From Sedimentisphaerales bacterium (GTDB taxonomy: Bacteria; Planctomycetota; Phycisphaerae; Sedimentisphaerales; SM23-30): a stretch of 64,000 bases of DNA. Below, one piece after another: positions 28,886-39,009 of the stretch (the first letter of the stretch is position 1; each line of letters begins with the position of its first letter). The stretch lies in NCBI GenBank assembly GCA_963666285.1, contig OY762711.1. The stretch is one strand, 5' to 3'. The translations under genes were made by a program, and so were the position numbers. The notes under the pieces were generated by a model, which did no database searches, was not told the origin of the DNA, and worked only from the letters and a program-made list of their open reading frames with translations.

Positions 28886-30970
28886 GTGACAAGGATCAAC
28901 ACAAATATTAATGCTTTGATCGCAAATAACAATGCGGCCAAAGTAGACAACAACCTGCAGAAGACGCTGGAACGTCTATCTACAGGTTTGCGCATAAACA
29001 GCGCAAGTGATGATCCTGCCGGACTGATCGCTTCAGAGAGCTTAAAATCCGAAATAGCCGGCACCAAACAATCAATCGAAAATGCCGAGCGTGCCAGTAA
29101 TATGATAAGCACTGCAGAAGCTGCATTAGCTGAAATTTCTGACATGCTGATTGATATCAAGCAGCTAATCTTAGAAAGTGCCAGCAGCGGGTCTATAAGC
29201 GATGAACAACTGGAAGCTAACCAGATGCAAATAGATTCGTACCTGCAAACAATTAATCGCATCGGTTTATCCACAGAATATAACGGTATCAAATTACTTA
29301 ACGGCGATCAGGATTACAGCGTTTCAGGACAACTTCATTTCGCCGCAACCGATGTAACAGATGCATTAAGTGCAACATTCACATCAGCTTTCAGTATCAC
29401 AGGAATTAAGATCAACAATGGTTATAATGGCATGAACCTGGGCAACTACGATCTGGACGTTAACTTCCTGGTGAGCGGCGTTCAGGCACATTATACCTGG
29501 AGCAGTACGGCTGATTTTATTAACACTTCAAACAATGGCGATAATGCTGCGTTAACAATTACCGGACACAAAGGAACAGCATCAGTTGACTTTAGTGGCG
29601 GGCTCGCAGGAATGGCCAACATTGTAAATGGAATTAACGGAGTTAAGGAAACCACCGGTGTTTCTGCAGGAATCTCCGGTGGAAATCTGGTATTCAGTTC
29701 CACCAACTTCGGCTCAGATGCATTTGTTTCCGTAACCGGTATTGAACCGGCAGAAATAACCTGGACCCCGGATGCATATTTCTTCAGCGGTGCACCTGTC
29801 GGTGACGCAGGTATTACAATTACCGGTAATGATGGACAACATAGCTATTTTGCCGGATACACAAACGCAAATGAACTGGCAACAATGATCAATAATGATG
29901 CTGCAATAACCGGTGTTATGGCACGGGTAGACGGTTCAGATATGATAATTTATTCAGCAGACCAGAACGGATCGGCTAATATTTCGGTCAGCAAATTCGC
30001 AACATATTTAGATAACGGTAGTTTTGCTAACGGTTCTGCTGCAAGCTATGCCTGGAATTCCGTTAGCGATTACATCGGTGTATTAGCTGACAGCGATGGT
30101 GAACTGAATGTACGCGGCATAAACGGTTCTGTTACTATTAATCTTTCAAGTGGAACCTGGACAGAAGCTGCATTGGCTGCAGAAATAAATAATCATACCG
30201 GGTCAACCGGTGTTACGGCTAGCAGCGGATCCGGAACGTTAACTCTAACATCTACCGACGGCAGTGGTGCTAACTTTGTATTTGCTAACGCTACTGACAG
30301 TTTTTCAGATACGATAACAGCCCAATCTTATTCTGCTGCGGGTACCGGATATGCTATCGGCTATAGCGGAGCTGATTATATTACCAGCGGTAGTGAAATG
30401 TTTGATATCGCAGAAATTACTCTTTCCGGCTTTGATGGAATTATAGCCGACGGCGCCGGTGAAACTCAACAGTTCTATGCGGCTACACGAGCAAGTGCCT
30501 CACTTAACGGGTCCAACCTGACCGGTTCCGGAGGAATGGAATTCAACATTGACTCCAGTGTACCAAATTCAATTGACAGTATTTGTGGCATACCGGAAAT
30601 CAGTACAACAAATTTAGGTAATAGCGAGTATGGAACACTAAACGATCTGCTTTCCGGTAATTCAAGTTCAATGAAAGAAGGTAAATTTAATACTGCAACC
30701 AATATTGTTGATACTGCTGCCAAACAGATAAACAACTTACGCGGCAGGTTGGGGACATTCAAGAAATATACACTGGAAACTACCATTCGATCACAACGAA
30801 ATAAACTTGAAAACCTGGTCAGTGCAGAATCTGCAATATTTGACGCTGACTTTGCCAAGGAGATATCTGAACTAACCAGAAACCAGATATTAAAACAAAG
30901 TGGAATATTTATACAACAGGTTATTAACATGCAACACAATAATGTCTTGAAACTATTAGAATCAATTTAA
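28886..30970 (+). CDS. fliC: Flagellin-family protein with a large variable central domain
   Basis: MTRINTN, LERLSTGLRINSASDDPAGL, LRGRLG, AESAIFDADFAKEISELTRNQIL; three IN-type hook motifs (IN...TGV.A). Confidence 0.9.
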   Translation: MTRINTNINALIANNNAAKVDNNLQKTLERLSTGLRINSASDDPAGLIASESLKSEIAGTKQSIENAERASNMISTAEAALAEISDMLIDIKQLILESASSGSISDEQLEANQMQIDSYLQTINRIGLSTEYNGIKLLNGDQDYSVSGQLHFAATDVTDALSATFTSAFSITGIKINNGYNGMNLGNYDLDVNFLVSGVQAHYTWSSTADFINTSNNGDNAALTITGHKGTASVDFSGGLAGMANIVNGINGVKETTGVSAGISGGNLVFSSTNFGSDAFVSVTGIEPAEITWTPDAYFFSGAPVGDAGITITGNDGQHSYFAGYTNANELATMINNDAAITGVMARVDGSDMIIYSADQNGSANISVSKFATYLDNGSFANGSAASYAWNSVSDYIGVLADSDGELNVRGINGSVTINLSSGTWTEAALAAEINNHTGSTGVTASSGSGTLTLTSTDGSGANFVFANATDSFSDTITAQSYSAAGTGYAIGYSGADYITSGSEMFDIAEITLSGFDGIIADGAGETQQFYAATRASASLNGSNLTGSGGMEFNIDSSVPNSIDSICGIPEISTTNLGNSEYGTLNDLLSGNSSSMKEGKFNTATNIVDTAAKQINNLRGRLGTFKKYTLETTIRSQRNKLENLVSAESAIFDADFAKEISELTRNQILKQSGIFIQQVINMQHNNVLKLLESI

Positions 30971-30998
30971 TGAGTTTGGGTATTATTACAAACAACAA

Positions 30999-31097
30999 CC
31001 GAAATTAGGATATAGCCGGCTTCTCTACTGTGGATGCTGAGGCCTCAACTGTTTTTCATTAGCACCCCCAGTGGAGTTCCGGCATATCCCGATTCGG
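30999..31097 (+). other. Long irregular RNA hairpin downstream of flagellin
   Basis: Stems CCGAA/TTCGG, GGATAT/ATATCC, GCCGG/CCGGC, CTCTACTG/CAGTGGAG, TGCTGA/TTAGCA; loop GGCCTCAACTGTTTTTCA. Confidence 0.7.
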
Positions 31098-31405
31098 AAA
31101 TAAAAAAGAATAAATTTTCATTGGTACAAAATGCATAAATGCAACCAAGGAGATTATATTTGACAGCATTTAATTACTACAATTGAATATTAGAGCAATT
31201 TAATTTTTCGTGTTCGCTTTTTGCCTGTTGCGGCTTCAGCTGACTTCATCAGAAATACTCATAATATATCAATATTCCTGTGTTTTCTTCTTCATCAGCC
31301 TCGTCCTCACAGAGGCATAAATCGGAACAGAAAATATTAAAGTGCTCTATTCGCAGTGACTGAAAGGCGATTGGTTTTGACTTACACAATATAAAAGGGT
31401 CGGCC

Positions 31406-33508
31406 TCAACTGACATCAATCAGACCCAGACACTGGCTGTAACGAGCAAACATATCCCTTTTCAGCGCTGCGAATTTACTATCAGACAGATCAGGATCGT
31501 CTGCAATAATAGACTCTGCGTCTCGACGAGCCATTCTTAGCAGATCAAAATCCTTAGTCAGATCAGCAATCTTGAGACCGGGCAAACCATGTTGACTGGT
31601 GCCAAAAAATTGGCCCGGACCGCGGATACTAAGATCAGCTTCTGCGATTTTGAATCCATCATTGGTTTCTGTCATGATTTCCAATCTGCGGCGGGAATCT
31701 TCACTGCGCGGATTGCCAAATAACAAACAGTAAGACTGTTCATCGCCTCTTCCGATACGGCCGCGAAGCTGATGAAGCTGTGCCAGACCATATCGGTCAG
31801 CATGTTCGATCACCATTACGGTAGCGTTCGGAACATTGACACCAACTTCAATAACTATCGTTGATACCAGGATATCTATCTGCCCGGAAGAAAACTGAGC
31901 CATAACCTGTTTTTTTTCGTCAGTCGGCATCTGCCCGTGCAATAATCCTACTTTGAGGTCAGGAAAAATCCTGGTCTGCAAATACTTATGTTCATCAACA
32001 GCAGCTTTTAACTGTTGAACAGGATCAAGAAAAGGGTCGGCTTCCTCTACCTGTTCCTGCTCGATTCTCGGATACACAAAATATGCCTGCCGGCCCTGCT
32101 GCACCAGCCTGCGTATGCCGCGATAGGCCTCCTGCAGTTTTTCATCCCGCACCCATCTGGTTGTAACCGGTTTTCGTCCGGGTGGCAGTTTATCTATTAC
32201 CGAAACATCCAGATCGCCAAAAACTGTCATAGCTAAAGTGCGAGGTATCGGCGTAGCAGTCATAACCAGATAATGAGGGGCTATGCCTTTTGATCGAAAT
32301 GTTTCACGCTGCCGAACACCAAATTTATGCTGCTCATCTACCACCACCAAACCCAACTCGTTAAAAGCAACATCTTTCTGGAGCAAAGCCTGGGTACCTA
32401 CTACAATGTCTATTTTACCGGAACTGATCTCAGCCAGAAACTCTTTTCTTTCGTTACCTGTTATCCCGCCTTTCAACAATGCTATATTAACCTGACTTTG
32501 GCTAAGGTGTTTTATCAGCTCATTATAATGCTGTTCAGCCAGTATTTCAGTCGGCGCCATTATAGCTGCCTGCTTACGATTGGCAATCGTCAACAATGCT
32601 GCGTAAAGTGCAACTACCGTTTTACCAGAGCCAACATCTCCCTGGAGCAAACGATTCATCGGTTCACCGCGAGACATATCAGAAACAATATCAGATACAA
32701 CCTTATCCTGGGCTTCAGTAAAGTCAAACGGGAAAAGCCTGCGTATCCTTTTATCAATTTCTTCTGTATTCGGCAGCGGCCATGCCGGAAGTGTATGACG
32801 ATTTTTCGATTTTCGCAAAGCAACCGCCAGCTGCATCTGCAGCAGCTCATCGTAAGCCAGGGAACGTCTGGCCTGTTTACTGCAATCCTCATCTTCTGGA
32901 AAATGTATCCATTGGTAAGCTTCTTTACGAGACGGCAATTTTCGCTGAGCCAGGTATTCCTCAGGATAATATTCTTCGACCAGTTCAATAAGATCATCAA
33001 ATGAACTGCGAATAATTCGCAGTATATCAGCACTGCTCAACTCCGCGGTTGCCGGATATCTGCTGCGAACAATGCCATCAGCGGCAAGATACTCATCAAC
33101 ATCATCAACTTTTTGCCACAATGGATTAACCAGCTGAAGTTTTTTCTTATATTCCGCTATTTTTCCCCATGCTGCGATTATATCACCTGGAAAAATCTTT
33201 TCTCGAATATACCCGGCATTAAACCAGGTAAGTTTAAAGTGACCATCAGCATCTTCTATCTCCATGTCCAACCTGGGAGGACGGCTTCTCCGATTAAATT
33301 GCAGATTCAGTACCTCACCAACAACTGTAACACTGGCATCTTTATATAACTCGCCCGTTCGCATAATCGGCGGCTGAAAATCATAACCTCTGGGGAAATG
33401 ATCCAGTAAATCAGCAACTGTACTTATACCGAGCTTCATAAAATATTCCGCCCGGTGAGGACCTACCCCCTTGAGATATTGTATAGCTGTATCTTTCGTT
33501 AATGACAT
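31406..33508 (-). CDS. recG: ATP-dependent DNA helicase RecG
   Basis: LQGDVGSGKT, DEQHKFG, MTATPIPRTL, QLHQLRGRIGRG. Confidence 0.97.
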   Translation of the reverse strand: MSLTKDTAIQYLKGVGPHRAEYFMKLGISTVADLLDHFPRGYDFQPPIMRTGELYKDASVTVVGEVLNLQFNRRSRPPRLDMEIEDADGHFKLTWFNAGYIREKIFPGDIIAAWGKIAEYKKKLQLVNPLWQKVDDVDEYLAADGIVRSRYPATAELSSADILRIIRSSFDDLIELVEEYYPEEYLAQRKLPSRKEAYQWIHFPEDEDCSKQARRSLAYDELLQMQLAVALRKSKNRHTLPAWPLPNTEEIDKRIRRLFPFDFTEAQDKVVSDIVSDMSRGEPMNRLLQGDVGSGKTVVALYAALLTIANRKQAAIMAPTEILAEQHYNELIKHLSQSQVNIALLKGGITGNERKEFLAEISSGKIDIVVGTQALLQKDVAFNELGLVVVDEQHKFGVRQRETFRSKGIAPHYLVMTATPIPRTLAMTVFGDLDVSVIDKLPPGRKPVTTRWVRDEKLQEAYRGIRRLVQQGRQAYFVYPRIEQEQVEEADPFLDPVQQLKAAVDEHKYLQTRIFPDLKVGLLHGQMPTDEKKQVMAQFSSGQIDILVSTIVIEVGVNVPNATVMVIEHADRYGLAQLHQLRGRIGRGDEQSYCLLFGNPRSEDSRRRLEIMTETNDGFKIAEADLSIRGPGQFFGTSQHGLPGLKIADLTKDFDLLRMARRDAESIIADDPDLSDSKFAALKRDMFARYSQCLGLIDVS

Positions 33509-33579
33509 ATGATTCTATAATGAAAAAAGCCTGCAAAAAATACAGGCTATTCTAAACTAGTTCTATCTAATCCATACTG

Positions 33580-34116
33580 CTATTGACCATTCTGAATATC
33601 ATCTTCTGTATTTTCTGAAGAAGCGGCATTTTCAGACAGGTCTTTTTTTTCATTTTTGCCTGTAAGATTTAGAATCTCATCTAAAACTCCATCGACATCA
33701 TCGTAAACAGAATCTTTGAGCTTAAGAGTTTTGGTTTCTCCATTTGCCTCAAAATCAATAAGTAGCTTACCGCTGGATTTCAATTTACTTTTATCAATTT
33801 TAGTCAGACTGTCAAGCGGTATTACAGTTCCATCTTCAAAAGAAAGACCATTTTCGTCAACAGTCAGCTTCCTGCGTGATAAAGCAAACGCTGCATACCC
33901 AAACCATATCGCACCAGCAACACAGCTAATTGGCCCCCATGTCTTATTAATCTGTAAGGTGATATTTGGTGTACCGTCCTCTCGAGTATTCTCTTTGATA
34001 AATTCTTCTTTATAGTAGCCGTCATATAACAGCCATAAGGTACACGCCAGGCATACTACTATATAAATATAATTCATTTTCATTGCATACCCGCTTGGTC
34101 CGGTTGTCAAAGCCAT
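33580..34116 (-). CDS. Hypothetical membrane protein (2 TM plus PH-like domain)
   Basis: Two hydrophobic segments; AGGAG RBS; position in the - strand gene run. Confidence 0.7.
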   Translation of the reverse strand: MALTTGPSGYAMKMNYIYIVVCLACTLWLLYDGYYKEEFIKENTREDGTPNITLQINKTWGPISCVAGAIWFGYAAFALSRRKLTVDENGLSFEDGTVIPLDSLTKIDKSKLKSSGKLLIDFEANGETKTLKLKDSVYDDVDGVLDEILNLTGKNEKKDLSENAASSENTEDDIQNGQ

Positions 34117-34167
34117 AATAATTTCTCCTAAACTGAATCTTAAAATATCCCAGAAATAATATCCTGT

Positions 34168-34695
34168 TTACGGTTGAGGTTGTTCGGTCGACCCAGGTTC
34201 TTGTTTCTTTTCCTGTTCCATAGCCTTTAACGCTTCTGTCAGCGTTGCAAGTTTATCGTTTGCTTCTTTAAGAAGTTTTTCTTTACTTTCAATTGTGTTC
34301 TTAAGTTCTTCAACCTGCTTTTCAAGCTGCTTTATCATATTCTTATTTTCAACATTCTTATGCAGTTCCTGCCTTACAGCTTCATTTGCTGTCTCAAGCT
34401 GCTCTTTTATTTTATCGTATGCTTTTTTTAATTCCGGTAACTGCTGGTCAACAATCTTTTGAAGATCGGCCATTGCCGTTTTCTGGCTGGCTAACTGTGT
34501 TTCAGCTTTCTTAATTTTTTGGCTTAATTCAGCTTTTTGCACCGCAGCTTCATTAGCAGTATCAACCACTTTCTGACTCAAAACATCATTTTCTATTCTT
34601 AACTCCTGTCTCTCAACATTACAGTCGATCAACTTCTGATTGGAACAACCGGCTACCAGGATCATACTTAATAATATTATCGCTAACTTTTTCAT
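34168..34695 (-). CDS. Coiled-coil lipoprotein
   Basis: MKKLAIILLSMILVAG-C lipobox; heptad K/E-rich body. Confidence 0.75.
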   Translation of the reverse strand: MKKLAIILLSMILVAGCSNQKLIDCNVERQELRIENDVLSQKVVDTANEAAVQKAELSQKIKKAETQLASQKTAMADLQKIVDQQLPELKKAYDKIKEQLETANEAVRQELHKNVENKNMIKQLEKQVEELKNTIESKEKLLKEANDKLATLTEALKAMEQEKKQEPGSTEQPQP

Positions 34696-34739
34696 AAATA
34701 CCTTCTCCATTCGAAATAATTATCAATGCCCAGTTTTAA

Positions 34740-36377
34740 TTAAGGTTGATAACCCTGGGCTATCGGCATTCTTCTACCGGTACCAAAAGCTCTACTGGTA
34801 ACTTTCAGACCAGGCGCTGCCTGCTTACGCTTATATTCATTTCGGTCAACAAGACTGATAACCTTTTCAACTATTTCTTTATTATAACCATGCTTTACAA
34901 TCTCATTCACCGACAACTCTTTTTCAACATAATGATGAAGTATTGTATCAAGGTCAACATATTCCGGTAAGCTGTCCTGGTCAGTCTGGTCCGGCCTAAG
35001 CTCTGCACTTGGTGGCTTTGTGATTGTTGACTCGGGTATTAATTCTTTTTCACGATTAATATAATTTGCAAGTTCGTAAACCATCATTTTAGGAACATCG
35101 CTTATTACCGCAAGCCCACCGCACATATCTCCATACATTGTACAATATCCAACTGCCAGTTCGCTTTTATTGCCCGTAGTAATTAAAAGATGGCCAAACT
35201 TATTACTTAATGCCATAAGGATATTACCACGAATCCTCGCCTGGATATTTTCCTCAGCTATACCACTTGAGGTGCCGACAAAAGCGACATTCATGGTCTC
35301 TTCCATGGCCTTATGAGCTGGTTCAATGGGAATAACCTGAAAATCAATACCAAGATTTCCTGCCAACTGTTCAGCGTCTTTCAAACTATGGTCACTGGAA
35401 AATCTGCTCGGAAGAGCGACACCAAATACTCTTGATTTACCCAGAGCTTCAACCGCCAAAGCAGCTGTAACGGCAGAATCGATTCCGCCTGATAAACCCA
35501 GCACCACTGACTCAAACCGACATTTATTTACATAGTCTCGCAAGCCTAACACAAGAGCTTCGTGAACTGATTCTATTCCTTCCGGAACTTTTTCAACTCT
35601 CGCATTCAAAGTATTATCTGTATCAATAATAAGTATATCTTCTTCAAAACTGAGGGCCTGGGAAATCAATTGCCCGTTTTTATCAAAAACACAACTCGCC
35701 CCGTCAAAAATCAGCTCATCATTACCGCCAACCTGGTTAACGTAAAACAATGGCAAACCATATTTCTGACATTGACTACCAAACAATTTCCGCCGAAACT
35801 GATGCTTGCCGTTTACATAAGGTGAAGACGACATATTAATTATCATATCTGCGCCGGCTTTGGCCAGATCCGAAAAAGGATCACAATTATATAAATGCTT
35901 ATCACTATACTCAGAAGTGCGCCATATATCTTCACATATTGTCAGGCCAAGCTTTTGGCCGCCAAACTCTAGTATCTGGCATTCCCGTCCGGCATGGAAA
36001 TATCTGGCTTCGTCAAAAACATCATATGTAGGCAATAATCGCTTAAAATAGGTCTGACACAATTTGCCACCCATTAGAAGACCTGCTGAGTTATGAAGCT
36101 CCTTACCTGTTTCGCCGGTATGTATACTGACATAACCGACCAATACAGCAATATCATGACAGTGGGAAGCAATATTTTCTACTGCCGACAAATTATCCTG
36201 AATAAACTTCGGCTTATGAAGAAGATCCCTAGGCGGGTATCCGGTAATTGTGAGCTCGCTGAATATTGCAAGATCAACTCCCAACTGACGAGCCTGGTTT
36301 ATACGGTCTATTATCTTAAGACTGTTTCCCTTGATATCACCTATGATCGGGTTAATTTGTATTAGCGCAACTTTCAT
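34740..36377 (-). CDS. nadE: Glutamine-dependent NAD+ synthetase
   Basis: Nitrilase-like N-terminal domain (ELTITGYPP, ICED); LGLSGGIDS, ENIQARIRG, TGNKSE, PPSAEL. Confidence 0.96.
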   Translation of the reverse strand: MKVALIQINPIIGDIKGNSLKIIDRINQARQLGVDLAIFSELTITGYPPRDLLHKPKFIQDNLSAVENIASHCHDIAVLVGYVSIHTGETGKELHNSAGLLMGGKLCQTYFKRLLPTYDVFDEARYFHAGRECQILEFGGQKLGLTICEDIWRTSEYSDKHLYNCDPFSDLAKAGADMIINMSSSPYVNGKHQFRRKLFGSQCQKYGLPLFYVNQVGGNDELIFDGASCVFDKNGQLISQALSFEEDILIIDTDNTLNARVEKVPEGIESVHEALVLGLRDYVNKCRFESVVLGLSGGIDSAVTAALAVEALGKSRVFGVALPSRFSSDHSLKDAEQLAGNLGIDFQVIPIEPAHKAMEETMNVAFVGTSSGIAEENIQARIRGNILMALSNKFGHLLITTGNKSELAVGYCTMYGDMCGGLAVISDVPKMMVYELANYINREKELIPESTITKPPSAELRPDQTDQDSLPEYVDLDTILHHYVEKELSVNEIVKHGYNKEIVEKVISLVDRNEYKRKQAAPGLKVTSRAFGTGRRMPIAQGYQP

Positions 36378-36383
36378 TTTTTT

Positions 36384-37325
36384 TTATTCTAGCAGTTCCG
36401 ATTCCACTTTTGCTAAAAGATCTTGAACATGGTCAGCAGATTCACGCAGCAGTGCAAATTCATGATCATCAAGTTGAAGCTCGATAACCTTTTCGACACC
36501 ACCTGCACCAAGTACGGCAGGTAAACCAACAAATAATTCACCAAGATTGTTATACGCCGAACCTGCCCATACACAACAGGGAAGAACACGTTTCTGGTCA
36601 AGAATAATAGCTTCAGCCATTTCAGCAGCAGCAACTCCGGGGGCATAATAAGCTGAACCGGTTTTCAGCAGGTTTACGATTTCTATACCTGCTTTTCGCG
36701 TTCGCTCGACAATGGCTTCTATCCTGCAGCTATCAAGCAACTCTGTTATCGGGATCCCGCCAACTGTAGTATATCTTGGCAATGGTACCATGTCATCTCC
36801 ATGACCACCCAACAACATGGCCTGAATGTCTTTAACTGAAACATTTAACTCTTCAGAAATAAAGCTGCGATAGCGAGCTGTATCTAAAACTCCGGCCATA
36901 CCCATAACTTTATTTGTTGGCAAACCAGAAGCTTTCCAGGCTGCCCAGGTCATCGCATCCAATGGGTTACTTACTACAATAATATAAGCATTGGGACTAT
37001 GTTCAATTGCAGCCTTAGTAACATTATATACAATTTCTGAATTCCTTATCAGGAGGTCATCGCGGCTCATTCCAGGTTTCCGAGCCAGGCCGGATGTAAT
37101 TACTATTACATCACTTCCAGATGTGTCTGAATAGTCATTTGTTCCTTTCAGCGTCAGATCCCGATGAATTACCGGAGTCGCCTCATGCATGTCCAAGGCT
37201 TTTCCTTCTGCCAGGCCATCAACAATATCCAGTAAGATAACATCTGCTATCTCGCGTTCGGCCAGACGCCAGGCACAAGCTGCTCCAACATTCCCGGCAC
37301 CAATTACTGTTATTTTTTTTCTCAT
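36384..37325 (-). CDS. mdh: Malate dehydrogenase (LDH-like)
   Basis: GAGNVG, ARKPGMSRDDL, VSNPLDAM, GGHGD. Confidence 0.95.
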   Translation of the reverse strand: MRKKITVIGAGNVGAACAWRLAEREIADVILLDIVDGLAEGKALDMHEATPVIHRDLTLKGTNDYSDTSGSDVIVITSGLARKPGMSRDDLLIRNSEIVYNVTKAAIEHSPNAYIIVVSNPLDAMTWAAWKASGLPTNKVMGMAGVLDTARYRSFISEELNVSVKDIQAMLLGGHGDDMVPLPRYTTVGGIPITELLDSCRIEAIVERTRKAGIEIVNLLKTGSAYYAPGVAAAEMAEAIILDQKRVLPCCVWAGSAYNNLGELFVGLPAVLGAGGVEKVIELQLDDHEFALLRESADHVQDLLAKVESELLE

Positions 37326-37377
37326 ATCAGGCTTTAATTAGTCCAAAATTAGCATTGTCATCAATTGCTCAATCTAT

Positions 37378-38001
37378 TTAAAATGTCCATCCAAGACCTA
37401 TCGAAAATTCTGTTCTTTCCTGGTCATCATAATCACTGTTGCCCAGAAAATGCCAGCGGTAATCAATTCTCAGATCCGGCAGTTCTTCGCCTAAATCAAA
37501 TTTTGCACCTATACCAAGATTATAGCCAAACATGAAGTCATCATCAATAAACTCAGAATCACTCATATAATAAGCAATATCAGGACCGGCACATAGAAAT
37601 GGACGGAATGTTGACCCGGCAAAATCATCTCCGGCAGGATAATACATCAAATCAAAGTCTGCCAGTAATATCGAAGCATCGCCGCTAGAGCTACTATCAA
37701 AAGTTTTTGCTTCCTCATCTGCAAAGACACCTGCTAGCGATACTTCCCAGCCCCAGTTTTCTACTTCTTTTCCTAATCTAACACCCATAATAAGGCTGTC
37801 ATCGTTACTTATTTTTAATTCATCATCGTCTGCATTCGTAGTTTTAGCTACCATGTCGCCGCCAAGTTCACCGGCAAAAACAGTTAACTGCAGGTCATTT
37901 TCCCAAACACTATCCCATCCTGATGGTCGATCAAAACCCTCTGCCAATACAGTTCCTGAAAAATATATTACTACTGCCAAGATCACCATTAATTTTTTCA
38001 T
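37378..38001 (-). CDS. Outer-membrane beta-barrel protein
   Basis: Signal peptide, alternating beta strands, terminal GLGWTF. Confidence 0.8.
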   Translation of the reverse strand: MKKLMVILAVVIYFSGTVLAEGFDRPSGWDSVWENDLQLTVFAGELGGDMVAKTTNADDDELKISNDDSLIMGVRLGKEVENWGWEVSLAGVFADEEAKTFDSSSSGDASILLADFDLMYYPAGDDFAGSTFRPFLCAGPDIAYYMSDSEFIDDDFMFGYNLGIGAKFDLGEELPDLRIDYRWHFLGNSDYDDQERTEFSIGLGWTF

Positions 38002-38139
38002 TTAATAATCTCCTTATCATGTATCTGGTCCCTGATGGGATATATTTCAAAATATACTCTTTAAATTAGTTTGAGAAGCAAAACCAATAAACATATTAAT
38101 ACTCGCTAATCAATTTAATTACAACTATTTAATTGATTA

Positions 38140-38991
38140 TCACTGCTTCTTTCTCCTATCCATAAAAAATGTAACTTTTTCATATATCTCTGGAGCAAAT
38201 AACGCTTTGACCCGCTTTTTGGCCTCGCGGATATCTGTCCTACGACTTAGGTGCGTCAAAACAATATGTTCATTGTCATAACTTTTTAACAATTCTGCTA
38301 AATGTTCAACATGGTAATGCCGACCGGCATAAGCCCTGTCAACATGATCCGGATCTATAAATGTGCACTCTACCAGAAGAATTTTACTTTTCTTAACATA
38401 ATCAAGCTCTTCAAAGCTGCCGGCCATGGTATCACCAAGATATGTGACCAATGGTACGTCCAGAATGTAAGTGACTTCTGTTCCTGATTTCCTTAATTTT
38501 GCTATTTCTGGTCCCTCTAAAGACTTATATTCATCTTTTAGCTTATGCCGACGGTCAATTATAGTAAAACCTACAGATTCGCGACAATGATTTGTCTCAA
38601 AAACTTTTGCAATCAACCCTCTCCTAATTTCATATTCATGACCAGACTCTACAACACAAATGTCTGCGGGCGGCTTTTGGCCGTCAATTCTACCCCAGAT
38701 CTCCAGCAATTGTTCAACTTCTGATTCTAATCTTTCTGTGAGATAAATTTTACCCGGTACCATTTCCCGGAAATTCCTTTGCGAAAAATAATAGCTTAAA
38801 CCCGCAGCATGGTCCATATGGCCATGACTCAAAAACAGGTTATCCATAAGCAAAGCATGTTCAGGGCACCTGCCAATATCAAAACACAAATTCATTTCAG
38901 GTATTGATATTACTGTTTCCTCACCTGCTACGCTATAGCCGGTCATATTTATTCCGCTCAATGAAAAGTTCACATGTTTATTTGGAGGCAT
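38140..38991 (-). CDS. Metallo-beta-lactamase fold hydrolase, RNase Z-like
   Basis: SHGHMDHAAG, YLGDT, ECTF, THLSRR. Confidence 0.8.
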   Translation of the reverse strand: MPPNKHVNFSLSGINMTGYSVAGEETVISIPEMNLCFDIGRCPEHALLMDNLFLSHGHMDHAAGLSYYFSQRNFREMVPGKIYLTERLESEVEQLLEIWGRIDGQKPPADICVVESGHEYEIRRGLIAKVFETNHCRESVGFTIIDRRHKLKDEYKSLEGPEIAKLRKSGTEVTYILDVPLVTYLGDTMAGSFEELDYVKKSKILLVECTFIDPDHVDRAYAGRHYHVEHLAELLKSYDNEHIVLTHLSRRTDIREAKKRVKALFAPEIYEKVTFFMDRRKKQ

Positions 38992-39009
38992 TAATTAAAT
39001 CTCAAATCA

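Noticed and set aside
31205..31320. Hammerhead-like CTGATGA...GAAA motifs on the - strand
   Set aside because: Stems I-III could not be formed around the core
31402..31412. GGCCTCAACTG at the recG stop repeats 11 nt of the 31041 loop (possible att or target duplication)
   Set aside because: Too short, no integrase nearby; kept only as a caveat to the RBS-loop finding
32327..33004. 225-aa + strand ORF and many similar antisense ORFs
   Set aside because: Shadow frames of well-supported genes (here recG)
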